A stretch of 64,000 nucleotides of DNA from an uncultured virus (IMG/VR IMGVR_UViG_2855689977_000003) (IMGVR_UViG_2855689977_000003); one strand, 5' to 3'. Shown: positions 43,839-54,786, counted from the stretch's first letter. Notes: a model not told the origin generated them from the sequence alone. Made by a program: numbers and translations.

Positions 43839-44677
43839 CTCACCCACCTGGCCAGCCCGGCGGAGGCGGCGGCAGCGGCGGCGGAACCACCGGCCCCGGC
43901 CGCGAGATCCAGACGTTCCAGTTCGGCGACTTGCCTCTGCGGACCGTCATGGTCGGCGGAGAGCCGTGGTTCGTCACGGCCGACGCGCTCGCACCGCTCG
44001 GCCTCAACCGATCTTCGCTCGCCGCGCTCGACGACGACGAGAAGGGCGTACAGAGTCTGTACACCCTTGGCGGCTACCAGCAGATGAGCATCATCAGCGA
44101 GGCCGGCCTCTACTCGCTGATCCTCCGCAGCCGCAAGCCGGAGGCGAAGGCGTTCAAGCGGTGGATCACCCACGACGTTCTGCCGGCGATCCGCCGCACT
44201 GGTAGCTACACCGCTCCGGCCGCCGATCTGGACGAGCTTGAGGTGGCCCGCCGATACGTCCTCGCCCTCGAAGCGAAGAAGGCCATCGAGGCGGAGCTGG
44301 CGATCGCAGCGCCCAAGGCCCACTCCTGGGACACCCTCGCTTCCGGCGACGGGGACTTCTCCGTCGGCGACGCCGCGAAGATCCTGTCCCGCGACCCGGT
44401 GATCGCCGTCGGCGAGCGGCGCCTGTTCACGGTGCTGTCCGACCACGGCTGGATCTACCGGGGCGGAGACGGACGGTGGCGCGTCTACCAGTCCGCGATC
44501 GAGGCGGGCCGCCTGTCGGAGTTGCCGTCCAGCCACTACCACCCGCGTACGGGCGAGCTGGTGTTGGACCCGCCGCAGGTGCGGGTGACGCCGAAGGGTC
44601 TGGCCGAGCTGCACCGCCGGCTTGGTGGGATGCAGCCGCTGCGCATGCACGAGCAGATCGCGCTTCCCGCGCCGTAG
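43835..44677 (+). CDS. BRO-N / KilAC antirepressor
   Basis: 'GEPWFV..IISEAGLYSLILRSRKPEAKAFKRWITHDVLPAIRRTGSY..APKA..VTPKG'. Confidence 0.92.
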   Translation: MTHPPGQPGGGGGSGGGTTGPGREIQTFQFGDLPLRTVMVGGEPWFVTADALAPLGLNRSSLAALDDDEKGVQSLYTLGGYQQMSIISEAGLYSLILRSRKPEAKAFKRWITHDVLPAIRRTGSYTAPAADLDELEVARRYVLALEAKKAIEAELAIAAPKAHSWDTLASGDGDFSVGDAAKILSRDPVIAVGERRLFTVLSDHGWIYRGGDGRWRVYQSAIEAGRLSELPSSHYHPRTGELVLDPPQVRVTPKGLAELHRRLGGMQPLRMHEQIALPAP

Positions 44678-44844
44678 AGCTTCCCCGCCCTTGTGCCCTC
44701 AGGAGGGGTGACGACACAAGGCGCGGGGATCGGGGTCGGCCCCACTTCCCCGGGGCCGACCCCCACCCCAACCAGACATAGACCAGCGCTCCCGCCGACC
44801 GAGCGACCAGCAGCGGAAGCGCCAGACAGGAAGAAGGGTATCCC

Positions 44845-46117
44845 GTGACCTGCAAAGACGTGAAGGACCAGGCCGAGTTGGATGCGGCGCTGGCCGACAA
44901 GGCCGTGACGTGCGTGCATGTCCGGTCGGAGGCCGGTGTGTGGCTGTCGGTGTCGTCCGGCTCGGCCACCGTCGAGGCGTACGGCTCGGCCACCGTCGAG
45001 GCGTACGGCTCGGCCACCGTCGAGGCGTCCGGCTCGGCCACCGTCCGGGCGTCCGGCTCGGCCACCGTCGAGGCGTCCGGCTCGGCCACCGTCGAGGCGT
45101 CCGGCTCGGCCACCGTCCGGGCGTNNNNNNNNNNNNNNNNNNNNNNNNNNNNNNNNNNNNNNNNNNNNNNNNNNNNNNNNNNNNNNNNNNNNNNNNNNNN
45201 NNNNNNNNNNNNNNNNNNNNNNNNNNNNNNNNNNNNNNNNNNNNNNNNNNNNNNNNNNNNNNNNNNNNNNNNNNNNNNNNNNNNNNNNNNNNNNNNNNNN
45301 NNNNNNNNNNNNNNNNNNNNNNNNNNNNNNNNNNNNNNNNNNNNNNNNNNNNNNNNNNNNNNNNNNNNNNNNNNNNNNNNNNNNNNNNNNNNNNNNNNNN
45401 NNNNNNNNNNNNNNNNNNNNNNNNNNNNNNNNNNNNNNNNNNNNNNNNNNNNNNNNNNNNNNNNNNNNNNNNNNNNNNNNNNNNNNNNNNNNNNNNNNNN
45501 NNNNNNNNNNNNNNNNNNNCGGCTCGGCCACCGTCGAGGCGTCCGGCTCGGCCACCGTCGAGGCGTCCGGCTCGGCCACCGTCCGGGCGTCCGGCTCGGC
45601 CACCGTCCGGGCGTCCGGCACCAGCAGCGTGCACGCCCACCACGACGCCACGGTCACCGCTGGCAGTCACGTCGCCGTCCACCTCCACTCCGGGCAGGCC
45701 ACCGTCACCGGCGGCGTCGTCATCGACATCACCCAGCTTGACCTGTCGACAGCCGCCGTCTGGTGCGACCACCACGGCATCCCCGTCACCGACGGCAAGG
45801 CCGTCCTCTACAAGGCCCTCGGTGACGACCTGACCGCCGGCCAGGACTACGGCAAGCCCACTGTCTACGCGATCGGCGAGACCGTCACCTGCGACGACTG
45901 GGCTGACAACGCGGACTGCGGTGGCGGACTGCACTTCTCGCCGACCCCGCACATGGCCTCGCAGTACGCGTCCAGCGCGACCCGCTGGCTGGCGGTGGAG
46001 GTCGACGTGGCGACGTTGCGGCCGATCGACGGCGGCACGCCGAAGGCCAAGGCCCCGGGCTGCCGGGTGCTGCGGGAGGTCGACGCATTCGGCCGCGAGC
46101 TGGCCGCCAAACCCTGA
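44845..46117 (+). CDS. Octapeptide-repeat protein with conserved C-terminal domain (spans the gap)
   Basis: [S/Y]GSATV[E/R]A repeats on both sides of the N gap; C-terminal 'YKAL..CGGGLHF..KAK..VLREVD'. Confidence 0.8.
44956..45613 (+). repeat. 24-bp coding tandem repeat; assembly gap 45125-45519
   Basis: T(C/A)CGGCTCGGCCACCGTC(GAG/CGG)GCG; 7 units before and 4 after the gap. Confidence 0.95.
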
Positions 46118-46200
46118 CAGCAGCGAAGCCCTCAGCTGACCGCAGATCGGCTGAGGGCCCCTAACACCCGGACCCACCCACCGTCAAGCAAGGAGTCCAG

Positions 46201-47447
46201 ATGTCCGACAGCACCGTACCGCAGCCGCTGCACGTGAAGCTCGACAAGCAGCCCCACCCCGCCGACGGCTCCGACCGCTGGTCCGTCACCGGTGAGCTGG
46301 GCAAGGTCGCCTACGACGTGCTCGGCAACCACCTGGCCGTCATCGACGCCGACGGCGACGTCGAGTCGATGGGCCGCGAGTACGCCAACCGGGTCCACGA
46401 GTACGCGCGGATGAACGACGACGACGCGGTGTTCGCCGTCCTCGCCGACCTGTACCGGACCGAGCTGGCCGGCGGTGCCCGGTGAGCGCCCGCGACGAGC
46501 TGATCGCCGGCCTGCTCGCCCTGGCCGACTTCTACAAGAACAACCCGACCATGCCGGCCGACGGTTTCCCGCGCTGGTTGGTGTCGTGCAGCGTCATCGC
46601 CGCCGACGACGCGGCAGCGTCCGCGATGGTCGAGCACGCCGCCGGGCTGCTGGGCACCGAGGTCACGCGGAGCGGCGGCCACACGAAGACCAAGCGGATG
46701 TTCGGGCCCATCGAGGTCGCCGTGCACGCCGTGACCGCAGAGCGCATGGCCGCCCACAACGCCCTGATGTCGTACGCCGACGCGGTCGTGCCCGAGGGCG
46801 GTGCGTCGTGATGGCCGGGGAGTTCGCCACCGGCACCGCACCGCTGCCGCCGGTCCGCCACGACGACGGCACCGCCCGAATCCTCGCCGGCTACCGCGCC
46901 CGCCGCGAAGCGGACACCGACGCCGAAGTGTTGGCCGCCGCTGCCGCCCTCGAGCGGCCCGCCGCTTCCCGGCACCCGCTGTGCGCCGAGTTCCGGGCCA
47001 TCGTCGACGCCCAGCTGGACGCCCGTCACCTGTCCCTCGCCGAACTCGCCGGAGGTGCGGCGTGAAGAACCTCGCCGAACGTGCCCGCTGGCGCGTCGCT
47101 GGCCTGCTGGACAAGCTGCCCGGCCAGTGCTGGTCGGAACTCGTGATGTGGGCGCTGAAGTACAAGCGCAACCCATGGTCGCCGCAGGACGCCGTGTGCC
47201 GTAGCGACGCCGCCCGGGTTGGTGCCTGCTACTGCGGGAAACTCCGCAAGCCCGAGGGCGGTGAGCCGCGATGACGTGGCCGAATCCTCCCCAGCTTCCC
47301 AACCCGCCCCGCACCGACCGCCGCTGCCAGTACTGCGGGAAGACCGCCGAGGTGTTCGACGTGGACGGCGCGTGGTGCACACCCGAGCACCAGACGTTCG
47401 ACCGGCAGTCGGAGATCACCATCTGGCGGAAGGCGGTAGCGGTGTGA
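46201..47447 (+). other. Run of five small coupled hypothetical genes
   Basis: 46201-46485, 46482-46811, about 46808-47065, about 47062-47274 and 47271-47447. Confidence 0.6.
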
Positions 47448-47965
47448 GTGCCAACTCGACGATCCGGCGGACCCAAGGATTCCGCAAGAGCACCGTCAAG
47501 ACTCGCTTCTTCGCCAAGGTGCGCGTCGCACCGGGAACCGACTGCCTGGAGTGGGCCGGGACTCGCATCAACAACGGATACGGCCGACTCAAGGTCTATG
47601 GGCTGGACGTAGTGGCCCACCGGTTCTCCTACGAGCTGTTCGTCGGCCCGATCCCGGAGGGTATGCAGCTCGACCACCTGTGCCGGAACCGGGCGTGTGT
47701 ACGGCCTGACCACCTGGAGCCGGTAACTCCGCAGGAGAACACGCTTCGCGGGGAGACGCTGACCGCTCGGTACGCCGAGCGGACGCACTGCGACAACGGA
47801 CACCCGTTCGCCGGCGAGAACCTGATCCAGACCTCCGCCGGACACCGCGAGTGCCGCCAGTGCAAGCGGGACCGTCAGGCCCGATACCGGGCGCGGCGCA
47901 GCGCGGCGAAGCTCGCCGCCGAGCACGCCACGGTCACCCCGACCGGAGTGGAGGCAACGAGATGA
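47444..47965 (+). CDS. HNH endonuclease (free-standing homing type)
   Basis: 'CLEW..GYG..AHRFSY..DHLCRNRACVRPDHLEPVT..EN'. Confidence 0.9.
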   Translation: MSANSTIRRTQGFRKSTVKTRFFAKVRVAPGTDCLEWAGTRINNGYGRLKVYGLDVVAHRFSYELFVGPIPEGMQLDHLCRNRACVRPDHLEPVTPQENTLRGETLTARYAERTHCDNGHPFAGENLIQTSAGHRECRQCKRDRQARYRARRSAAKLAAEHATVTPTGVEATR

Positions 47966-48942
47966 GCGACAACACCGCAATCGAGTGGACCGAGGCCACC
48001 TGGAACCCGGTTACCGGATGCACGAAGGTGAGCCCCGGCTGCGACCACTGCTACGCCGAGCGGATCGTCGAGCGGTTCCACGGCAAGGGCAGCTTCGCCG
48101 TCGTCACCCGTAGCGAGGACAAGCTGTACGCCCCGCTGAAGTGGAAGCGACCCCGGCGGATCTTCGTCAACTCGATGTCCGACCTGTTCCACGACCAGGT
48201 GCCGCTGTCGTTCATCGAGCGGGTCTTCTCCGTGATGGCGCGCACGCCGCAGCACACCTACCAGTTGCTCACCAAGCGACACGCCCGTATGGCGTCGATC
48301 CTCCGTCGCCCGACCTTCCGTGACTCGGTGGCGTCGATCGTCGGTGCCGACATCGAGTGGCCGCTGCCGAACCTGTGGCTGGGTGTCTCGGTCGAGAACC
48401 AGCAGTGGGCTGACATCCGCATCCCGGCGCTGCTCGACACCCCGGCCGCCGTCCGCTGGCTGTCGATGGAGCCGCTGCTCGGGCCGGTCGATCTCGACCA
48501 ACCGCGCTGCGACGACCACGACCGCCGAGAGGTCGTCACTGACGCGGACGGCCGGGAGTGGTGCGGGTACTGCGCCGCTGACGGGTTCACCGGCGAGATG
48601 TCGCACGGGCACTGGCTCAACCTCGACGGCGGGATCGACTGGGTGGTGGTCGGCGGCGAGTCCGGCCCTGGCAGCCGACCCATGCACCCCGGCTGGGCCC
48701 GCTCGCTCCGCGACCAGTGCACCACCGCCGGCGTGCCCTTCTTCTTCAAGCAGTGGGGCGAGTGGGCTCCCAACGGCTGGCGCGCCATCGGGTGGCTCGA
48801 CCCCAAGCGGGAGCGTCTCGTCGGCGACCCGGTAGACGAACTGGGACACCGCGAGGTCATCGAGCGCGTGGGCAAGAAGCGCGCTGGCCGCGAGCTGGAC
48901 GGCCGCACCTGGGACGAGTACCCGGCGGAGGTGGCGTCGTGA
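47962..48942 (+). CDS. DUF5131 (phage Gp37/Gp68) radical-SAM-like protein
   Basis: 'IEWT..WNPVTGCTKVSPGCDHCYA..FVNSMSDLFH..VVGGESG..FFKQWG'. Confidence 0.93.
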   Translation: MSDNTAIEWTEATWNPVTGCTKVSPGCDHCYAERIVERFHGKGSFAVVTRSEDKLYAPLKWKRPRRIFVNSMSDLFHDQVPLSFIERVFSVMARTPQHTYQLLTKRHARMASILRRPTFRDSVASIVGADIEWPLPNLWLGVSVENQQWADIRIPALLDTPAAVRWLSMEPLLGPVDLDQPRCDDHDRREVVTDADGREWCGYCAADGFTGEMSHGHWLNLDGGIDWVVVGGESGPGSRPMHPGWARSLRDQCTTAGVPFFFKQWGEWAPNGWRAIGWLDPKRERLVGDPVDELGHREVIERVGKKRAGRELDGRTWDEYPAEVAS

Positions 48943-49132
48943 AGACCCGCTTCCCTGACCTGCCCAACAACACGCGGCTGCTGGTGGCCGGTGACGCCCA
49001 CCTCGACACCGACGGCCGGCCCGAATGCGGACAGGACGCCAACGGCAGGTCGATGACCCTCGCCCAGGCGCTGGTCTTCGTTCAGCCGGTGTGGTGTCAC
49101 CGCTGCTTCGGCCAGTGGATGGGAGGCCGGCA

Positions 49133-49390
49133 GTGACCGCCCTCCTGCAGGTCCCCGAGTGGCACGAGCGGGCGCTGTGCCGGCAGACCGACCCGGACCT
49201 GTTCTTTCCGGAGAAGGGCTCCGGTCTCAGTTCGCTGCGGCAGGCGCGGCGAATCTGCGCCCGCTGCGAGGTCCGGACGGAGTGCCGTGAGGACGCCATC
49301 GCCCGCGATGAGCGGTTCGGCGTGTGGGGTGGCACCTCGGAGGCTGAGCGGCGCGGGATGCGGCGGGCACGTCGGGAGGCGTCGTGCTGA
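49133..49390 (+). CDS. whiB: WhiB-family Fe-S transcription factor
   Basis: 'W.ERALCRQTDPDLFFP..CARCEVRTEC..GVWGG'. Confidence 0.93.
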   Translation: MTALLQVPEWHERALCRQTDPDLFFPEKGSGLSSLRQARRICARCEVRTECREDAIARDERFGVWGGTSEAERRGMRRARREASC

Positions 49391-50145
49391 CCGCCGTCCT
49401 GGTCTTGCTCGTCGTCGTCGCGGTCGTCGTCGGCTGCGTCAACGGCTGCGGCCGGCCCGACCCGAAGCCCACGTTCGACGAGCACGCCGCCACCGCGCTG
49501 GCGCTGCTGCAACCCGACCACCCCGACCTGCCCGAGTCCACGCCGTTCGCCGACGAGGTAGAGGCGTGGCTCGCCACCGAACACACCCAGGAGCAGCCCT
49601 GATGTGCGACTGCGACGAGTGCCGCGAATGCGGCTGCGGCGTGCCGGAGGACCACCACGGCGACGACTGGAACAGCGACGACAGCAAGGACTGGTGGGAG
49701 ACCTACTGATGAACATCAACCCGAGTGACATCGCTACCGGCCTGCTGGGGCTGGGTGTGATCGCCGGAGCGGTCGGGCTGGTTGCCCTCGGTGGCCGGGA
49801 CCGTACCGCGGACCAGCACGACGTCGCCGACTACCGGCCGACGCTGCACCCGTCCCGCCGGGACTGGCCGCTGCTCGACCGCCAGGGGCCGCGCCGGCTG
49901 CGCCCGCACGCCATCGCCGACCTGATCCTCCCGCCGGCGCCCGCCGGCACCCGGGTGTCGCTGCCGCTGTACGCGGAGCAGGTCGTCGCCGAGGTGATGC
50001 GCGCCCGGTACGGCACCACCAACCGGGCTGCGATTGCTGGCGGGTTCCTGCGGGAGATCGCCGCCGAGCAGCAGGACGACGACATCATCTGGACGTCAAC
50101 CGCAGGCCGGGACCTGGTCGGTGCGTTCCCCGTGGTGCGTGCCGC

Positions 50146-50466
50146 ATGACCGCTCAGGACGTCTACACCCACCGGCCGTGGAAGGTCGCCGCGATCCAGT
50201 GGACCGGCGACAACTTCCCCGAGGTCGAGCGGTTCCTGATCGACAACGTGGGCGAGGACTGCGGCCCGCGCAACGAGCCCGATGAGGGCTGGCCGCACGA
50301 GAAGTACGCCTACAACATGGTCCAGTTCTACGCCTGGAACGGCGACCAGGAGGTCGACCCGGGCATGTGGATCGTCGTGTACCTCGGGCTGGACGAGCCG
50401 GCCGGCGAGATCATGCACGCGGATGACTTCCGGGCGGCCTACGAGGCGTCGGGGGTGTCTCGGTGA
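50146..50466 (+). CDS. Divergent paralogue of 13139/56688
   Basis: 'AAIQWTGDN..PGMWIV..FRAAYE'. Confidence 0.65.
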   Translation: MTAQDVYTHRPWKVAAIQWTGDNFPEVERFLIDNVGEDCGPRNEPDEGWPHEKYAYNMVQFYAWNGDQEVDPGMWIVVYLGLDEPAGEIMHADDFRAAYEASGVSR

Positions 50467-51318
50467 CCACCAACGACATCGACGCCCCGCTCCGCACCTT
50501 CTCGTACGGCGGCGGCGTCCAGTCGACGGCTGCCCCTGGTGCTGGCCGCGACCGGCCGCATCGACTTCCGCACGTTCCTGTTCTCCAACGTCGGCCACGA
50601 CAGCGAGCACCCGGGCACGCTCGACTACATCGAGCGGTACGCGGCCCCGTACGCCGCGCGGCACGGGATCGAACTGGTCGAGCTGCATCGCCGCCCGACG
50701 CGGGGCCGGTCAGCCGGACAGGTCGAAACCCTGTACTCGCGGCTCATGCGGGACGGGTCGCGGTCGCTGCCGATCCCGGTGCGGATGGACAACGGCGCAC
50801 CGGGCACCCGGTCGTGCACGGTCGATTTCAAGATCAAGAACATCGGCCGATGGCTCACGGCGAATGGGGCCAGCGACACCAACAAGGCCACCGTCGGCAT
50901 CGGGATCAGCCTCGATGAGATCCACCGGGTCAACGCCCGGCGGGCGATGCCGTACGAGGTCCCGGTGTACCCGCTGCTGGACCACGATCCGCCCCTGCGT
51001 CGGCAGGACTGCGAGGGCATCATCCGCTCGGCGGGGCTGCCCGTACCGCCAAAGTCGTCGTGCTGGTTCTGCCCGTTCCACACGCCGCAGCGGTGGGCGG
51101 AGATGCGCCGCGACGAACCGGACCTGTTCGCCAAGGCATGCCACCTCGAAGACACGCTGAACGCCCGCCGTGACGAGCTGGGCAAAGACCACGTGTACCT
51201 GACCCGCTTCGCCCGCCCGCTAGCCGATGCGATCCCGGTAGCCGGAGCCATGCTGCCGATCTTCGACGTGGCCAGCGACGACGACGCACTTTGTGACAAC
51301 GGAGCGTGCTTCACGTGA
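50463..51318 (+). pseudogene. PAPS-reductase-like (PP-loop) gene with a 1-nt frameshift
   Basis: SYGGGVQSTAA continues in the +1 frame as LVLAATGR..EHP..CT..K..PPKSSCWFCP; extra C in 50533-50536. Confidence 0.75.
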
Positions 51319-51800
51319 CCACCAACGACATCGACGCCATCCGCAAGCTCGCCGCCGCCGCCACCGAGGGCCCGTGGTTCTACAACTCGTACTCGGCCGT
51401 CCTGGCGGGACCGAAGGTGCAGCCACACGAGGAATGGCTGGACACCACCGGCGAGCACTCGCTTGAGCGTCACGGCAACTGCGAGGCATGCGGCCCGGAC
51501 CGGCGCGGATGCCTGCTGTTCTCCGAGGACTACAAGCGCGACCCCATCGTGGCGCACGTCCCCGCCCACCACGGTGACACCGCCGTCGGGGAGCGCGTCG
51601 CCGACGCCGAGTTCATCGCCGCCGCCCGCACCGTCGTTCCCGCCCTCTGCGACGAGATCGAACAACTCCGCGACTCCTTCAAGTGCGCGCACGAGGACCG
51701 ACTGGCCCGGGCGCTGGAGCGGGACCGCACGACGGCCGTCGACCAGGCCGAGTTGGGTGCTGACTGGCCGGAACCCGTACGGCCGGGAGACCCCGGGTGA
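51315..51800 (+). CDS. Ead/Ea22-like protein
   Basis: 'AAATEGPW..DAEFIAAARTVVPALCDEIEQLR'. Confidence 0.7.
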   Translation: MTTNDIDAIRKLAAAATEGPWFYNSYSAVLAGPKVQPHEEWLDTTGEHSLERHGNCEACGPDRRGCLLFSEDYKRDPIVAHVPAHHGDTAVGERVADAEFIAAARTVVPALCDEIEQLRDSFKCAHEDRLARALERDRTTAVDQAELGADWPEPVRPGDPG

Positions 51801-52059
51801 CCGTGCTCCCGGACTGTGCGATCTGCGGCGGCCCGGTCGTCCTCGACCCCGAGGGCGACCGGGGCCCTGCCGAGGAGTGCGGGTGGTGCGGGAACCGGCA
51901 GCGGCCGATCTCGCCGAAGCCGGACCGGGCGGAGATCCGCCGGGCGGTCCGGGCGCGGCGCCGGGTGCTCGCCCCGAAGTGCTTCGGCCGACGACACCAC
52001 CAGTGCAAGGCATCCCGCTGTGAATGCCTCTGCCACGACAAGACGAAGGGAGCGCAGTC

Positions 52060-52440
52060 ATGCTCCGACGCGACCTGACGCCGTCGCGCCGTAAGGCGAT
52101 CAAGCGGGTGATGTTGCCCCGCCGGTACAAGGCGACCGGCCCCACGGCTGAGGCGGTTGGGGACCGGCGCGGGGTGGATCACCACATCCACCACCGCCGG
52201 CCCCGCGCCGCCGGGGGCAGCAAGCGGCCGGACACGAACCTGCCGTCCAATCTGCTGCTGCTCTGCCCGCCATGCCACCAGCAGATCGAGTCGCACCGGG
52301 CCGTCGCGCAGTCGATGGGCTGGCTGGTCGTCCAGGCCGCCGACCCTGCACAAACCGCAGTGCTTGTGCAGCGGGACCGGTGGACGTACCTCACCGCCGA
52401 CGGGCGGTACTCCGACGATCCGCCGGAGGTGGAGGCATGA
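52060..52440 (+). CDS. HNH-like protein, possibly internally deleted
   Basis: 'HHRRPR..GG..NL..LCPPCH'; no first CxxC. Confidence 0.6.
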   Translation: MLRRDLTPSRRKAIKRVMLPRRYKATGPTAEAVGDRRGVDHHIHHRRPRAAGGSKRPDTNLPSNLLLLCPPCHQQIESHRAVAQSMGWLVVQAADPAQTAVLVQRDRWTYLTADGRYSDDPPEVEA

Positions 52441-52790
52441 TCCTCTATCACTTCACCTGCGAGGACGGTGCGCAGGGCATCGCCGAATGCGGCGAGCTGC
52501 GTGCCTTCCCTCAGCCGCTGCTCGGACGGCGGCTGATCTGGCTGACCGACCTCGACGCGCCCAACCGGCTGGCGCTCGGCCTCACCTCGCACACCCTCGG
52601 CTGCGACCGCACTGCGTACCGGGTGACGGTGGACGTGGAGGCGCAGCGGTGGACGGACTACGTCCGGGAGCTGCCGCGTCCGGATCGTCGGCATGCCCGG
52701 TTGCTGGCCGCGTCGCCGGGCGCCCTGCCGATGCACTGGCTGGTGCTGGCCGAGCCGGTGCCGGTGCTGTCCGTGGAGCGTGCCCGGTGA
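52437..52790 (+). CDS. Possible ADP-ribosyltransferase-fold protein
   Basis: 'LYHFT..I..G.L..IWLT' pattern. Confidence 0.45.
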   Translation: MILYHFTCEDGAQGIAECGELRAFPQPLLGRRLIWLTDLDAPNRLALGLTSHTLGCDRTAYRVTVDVEAQRWTDYVRELPRPDRRHARLLAASPGALPMHWLVLAEPVPVLSVERAR

Positions 52791-53894
52791 GCCGCACGCC
52801 CGCGCACCGCCGCAAGCGGGACCCGTTCCGCAGGCAGATCCTCGGCGTCTACAAGCCGCCCCCGCCGCCGGTGCCGGAGCCGTCGCCGGCCTGCTGCCGC
52901 TGCGACCCGAAGCTGTGCGCCACCGACGACACCGGCGAGCACTGCAACGAGCAGTCCTGCGGGGTGTGCCTCCACGGATGCCCCGCCCCGGTGGGTGTCC
53001 CCTGCTGCCGAGAGGAGCCCTGATGCTTGTCTCCATCATCCTCGAATGGCCCTGCCCCTGCGGCACCACCGCCAAGGGCGTCACCGTCAAGCAGCGGCGC
53101 ATCAACAAGCTGTCGATGCGCACCACCGGGCAGGCACTCGGCCTGATGCCACGCATCTGCAAGGGCTGTGGTGGGGCGCTGCCGGACACCCTGCCCGTGT
53201 CGGCCCGGCTCGCCGACGACTCCCTCACGGCGGTCAACGCGTACCGGGAGCGGAAGGGGTGGTTCCCGCTCACGGCGGCGGACACCACTCGGCAGGCGGG
53301 AGGCGTGTGATGCCCCGCGTTCGCCCGTCGATGGGGCTGCACAACCTCGGCCGCGGAAAGGCCGAACTGGCATCCCTCTACGTCTCCGACTGCAAGATCT
53401 GCGAGCTGGGGATCTACAAGGGGCAGCCGCACCGGTTCTCCACTGGGAAGGTGCTCGGGCTGGTGCACGACGACTGCATCGAGCCGGAGCCGGCGCCGTG
53501 ACCGCCTACGTCGTGGAGGTCAACGAGGGCGTCGTGGAGGCGACTCGGCAGGGCGTCCGCTGGTGGAACATGTTCCGCCGCTACGAGGCGACCAGCGGCC
53601 GAATCCGCGAGACGAAGCCCGCCTGCATCGTCGGCGGCCTCGTCGAGGTGGCCTGTGAGAGCCGCGAGCACGCCGACTGGCTGGCCGCGCACATGGTCGA
53701 CCACGGCGGGCTGCCCCGCACTGCTGTTCGCGTCAAGACCCCCGCCGCGCAGCGGGAGGCGTCGTGAGGGCCCTGTGTGTGGGTCAGCCACCAGAGCACT
53801 GGGACACCGGCAACCGGCTAGCAGCCGCTGTCAACAACACCGGTGGACGAACGGTCTCCACCGGTGTTGTTGGCCGCGTTCGGAGGGTGGAGAC

Positions 53895-54584
53895 ATGAGC
53901 CGCATCGCCCGCGACCGGGGCCGCATCAGCCCGGACTGCGCCGCAACGTTCCACGGCACCGACTCCGCCTACCGGTACGGCTGCCGCTGCCCTCACGCCC
54001 GGGAGCACAAGCGCATCCGGGTGAAGCGGTGGCGTGAGGGCCGCTCGATCGCCCGCCGTGTCGACGGCACCGGCACCCGCCGCCGGCTGCGTGCCCTGGC
54101 AGTCCTCGGGTGGCGGTGGCCGGACATCGGCGAGCGGCTGGGTGTCACCGGGTCGGCGGTGGCGATCCTGGCGGCATCGGCCGGGCTGGTGGAGCTGCCC
54201 ACGGTTGCCCGGGTGAAGGCCGTCTACCGGGAGCTGTGCGAGCGGCCGGGCCCGTCGCGGATCACGGCGCGGCGGGCTGCGGCGAAGGGCTGGCACGGCC
54301 CTCTGGCGTGGGCGGACATCGACGACCCGGCGTGCGTTCCGGACGACGCCGGCCCCGACGCGGCGCCGGTCGACGAGTGGGCCGTCACCGAGGCCATGGC
54401 CGGGCGACTGCCATCGTCCCGACTTGCCGACATCGACTTGGTCGAGGCCATGCGCAGGCTCCTCGCCGAAGGGCTGTCCGAGGGGCAGGCCCGCTACCGG
54501 CTTCGGCTGACGAACGCGCACGCCCGGCGAGCAATCCGGGCCGCCAAGAAGGACCACCCCGAGACGGAGAAAAAGGCGGCGTGA
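53895..54584 (+). CDS. HTH-containing phage protein
   Basis: 'HGT..Y..GCRC', 'RRRLRALAVLGW..IGERLG', 'PLAWADIDDP'. Confidence 0.7.
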   Translation: MSRIARDRGRISPDCAATFHGTDSAYRYGCRCPHAREHKRIRVKRWREGRSIARRVDGTGTRRRLRALAVLGWRWPDIGERLGVTGSAVAILAASAGLVELPTVARVKAVYRELCERPGPSRITARRAAAKGWHGPLAWADIDDPACVPDDAGPDAAPVDEWAVTEAMAGRLPSSRLADIDLVEAMRRLLAEGLSEGQARYRLRLTNAHARRAIRAAKKDHPETEKKAA

Positions 54585-54786
54585 CCAGCGGAAACAGAGC
54601 ACGTGTCGTGTTGGTACACGTGTCGGAATCATGGGAGAATGAGGCGTCCGGAACGGGTGCGCCAACACCCGCCCGGACTGACCGACTCTCCTTCTGTGGA
54701 AAGGAGGCGGCTGCCGTGCATCGTATCCATGCACGCAACGCCTGGGAACCGTCACGCGCCGCGCATCACACCGGCGGTGCGGGTTG

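Noticed and set aside
45125..45519. Frameshift in the repeat gene
   Set aside because: The frame change falls across an N gap of estimated length.
44956..45613. CRISPR array or ice-nucleation protein
   Set aside because: Units are contiguous with no spacers and no cas genes. The peptide differs from the AGYGSTxT ice-nucleation repeat and lacks its higher-order period.
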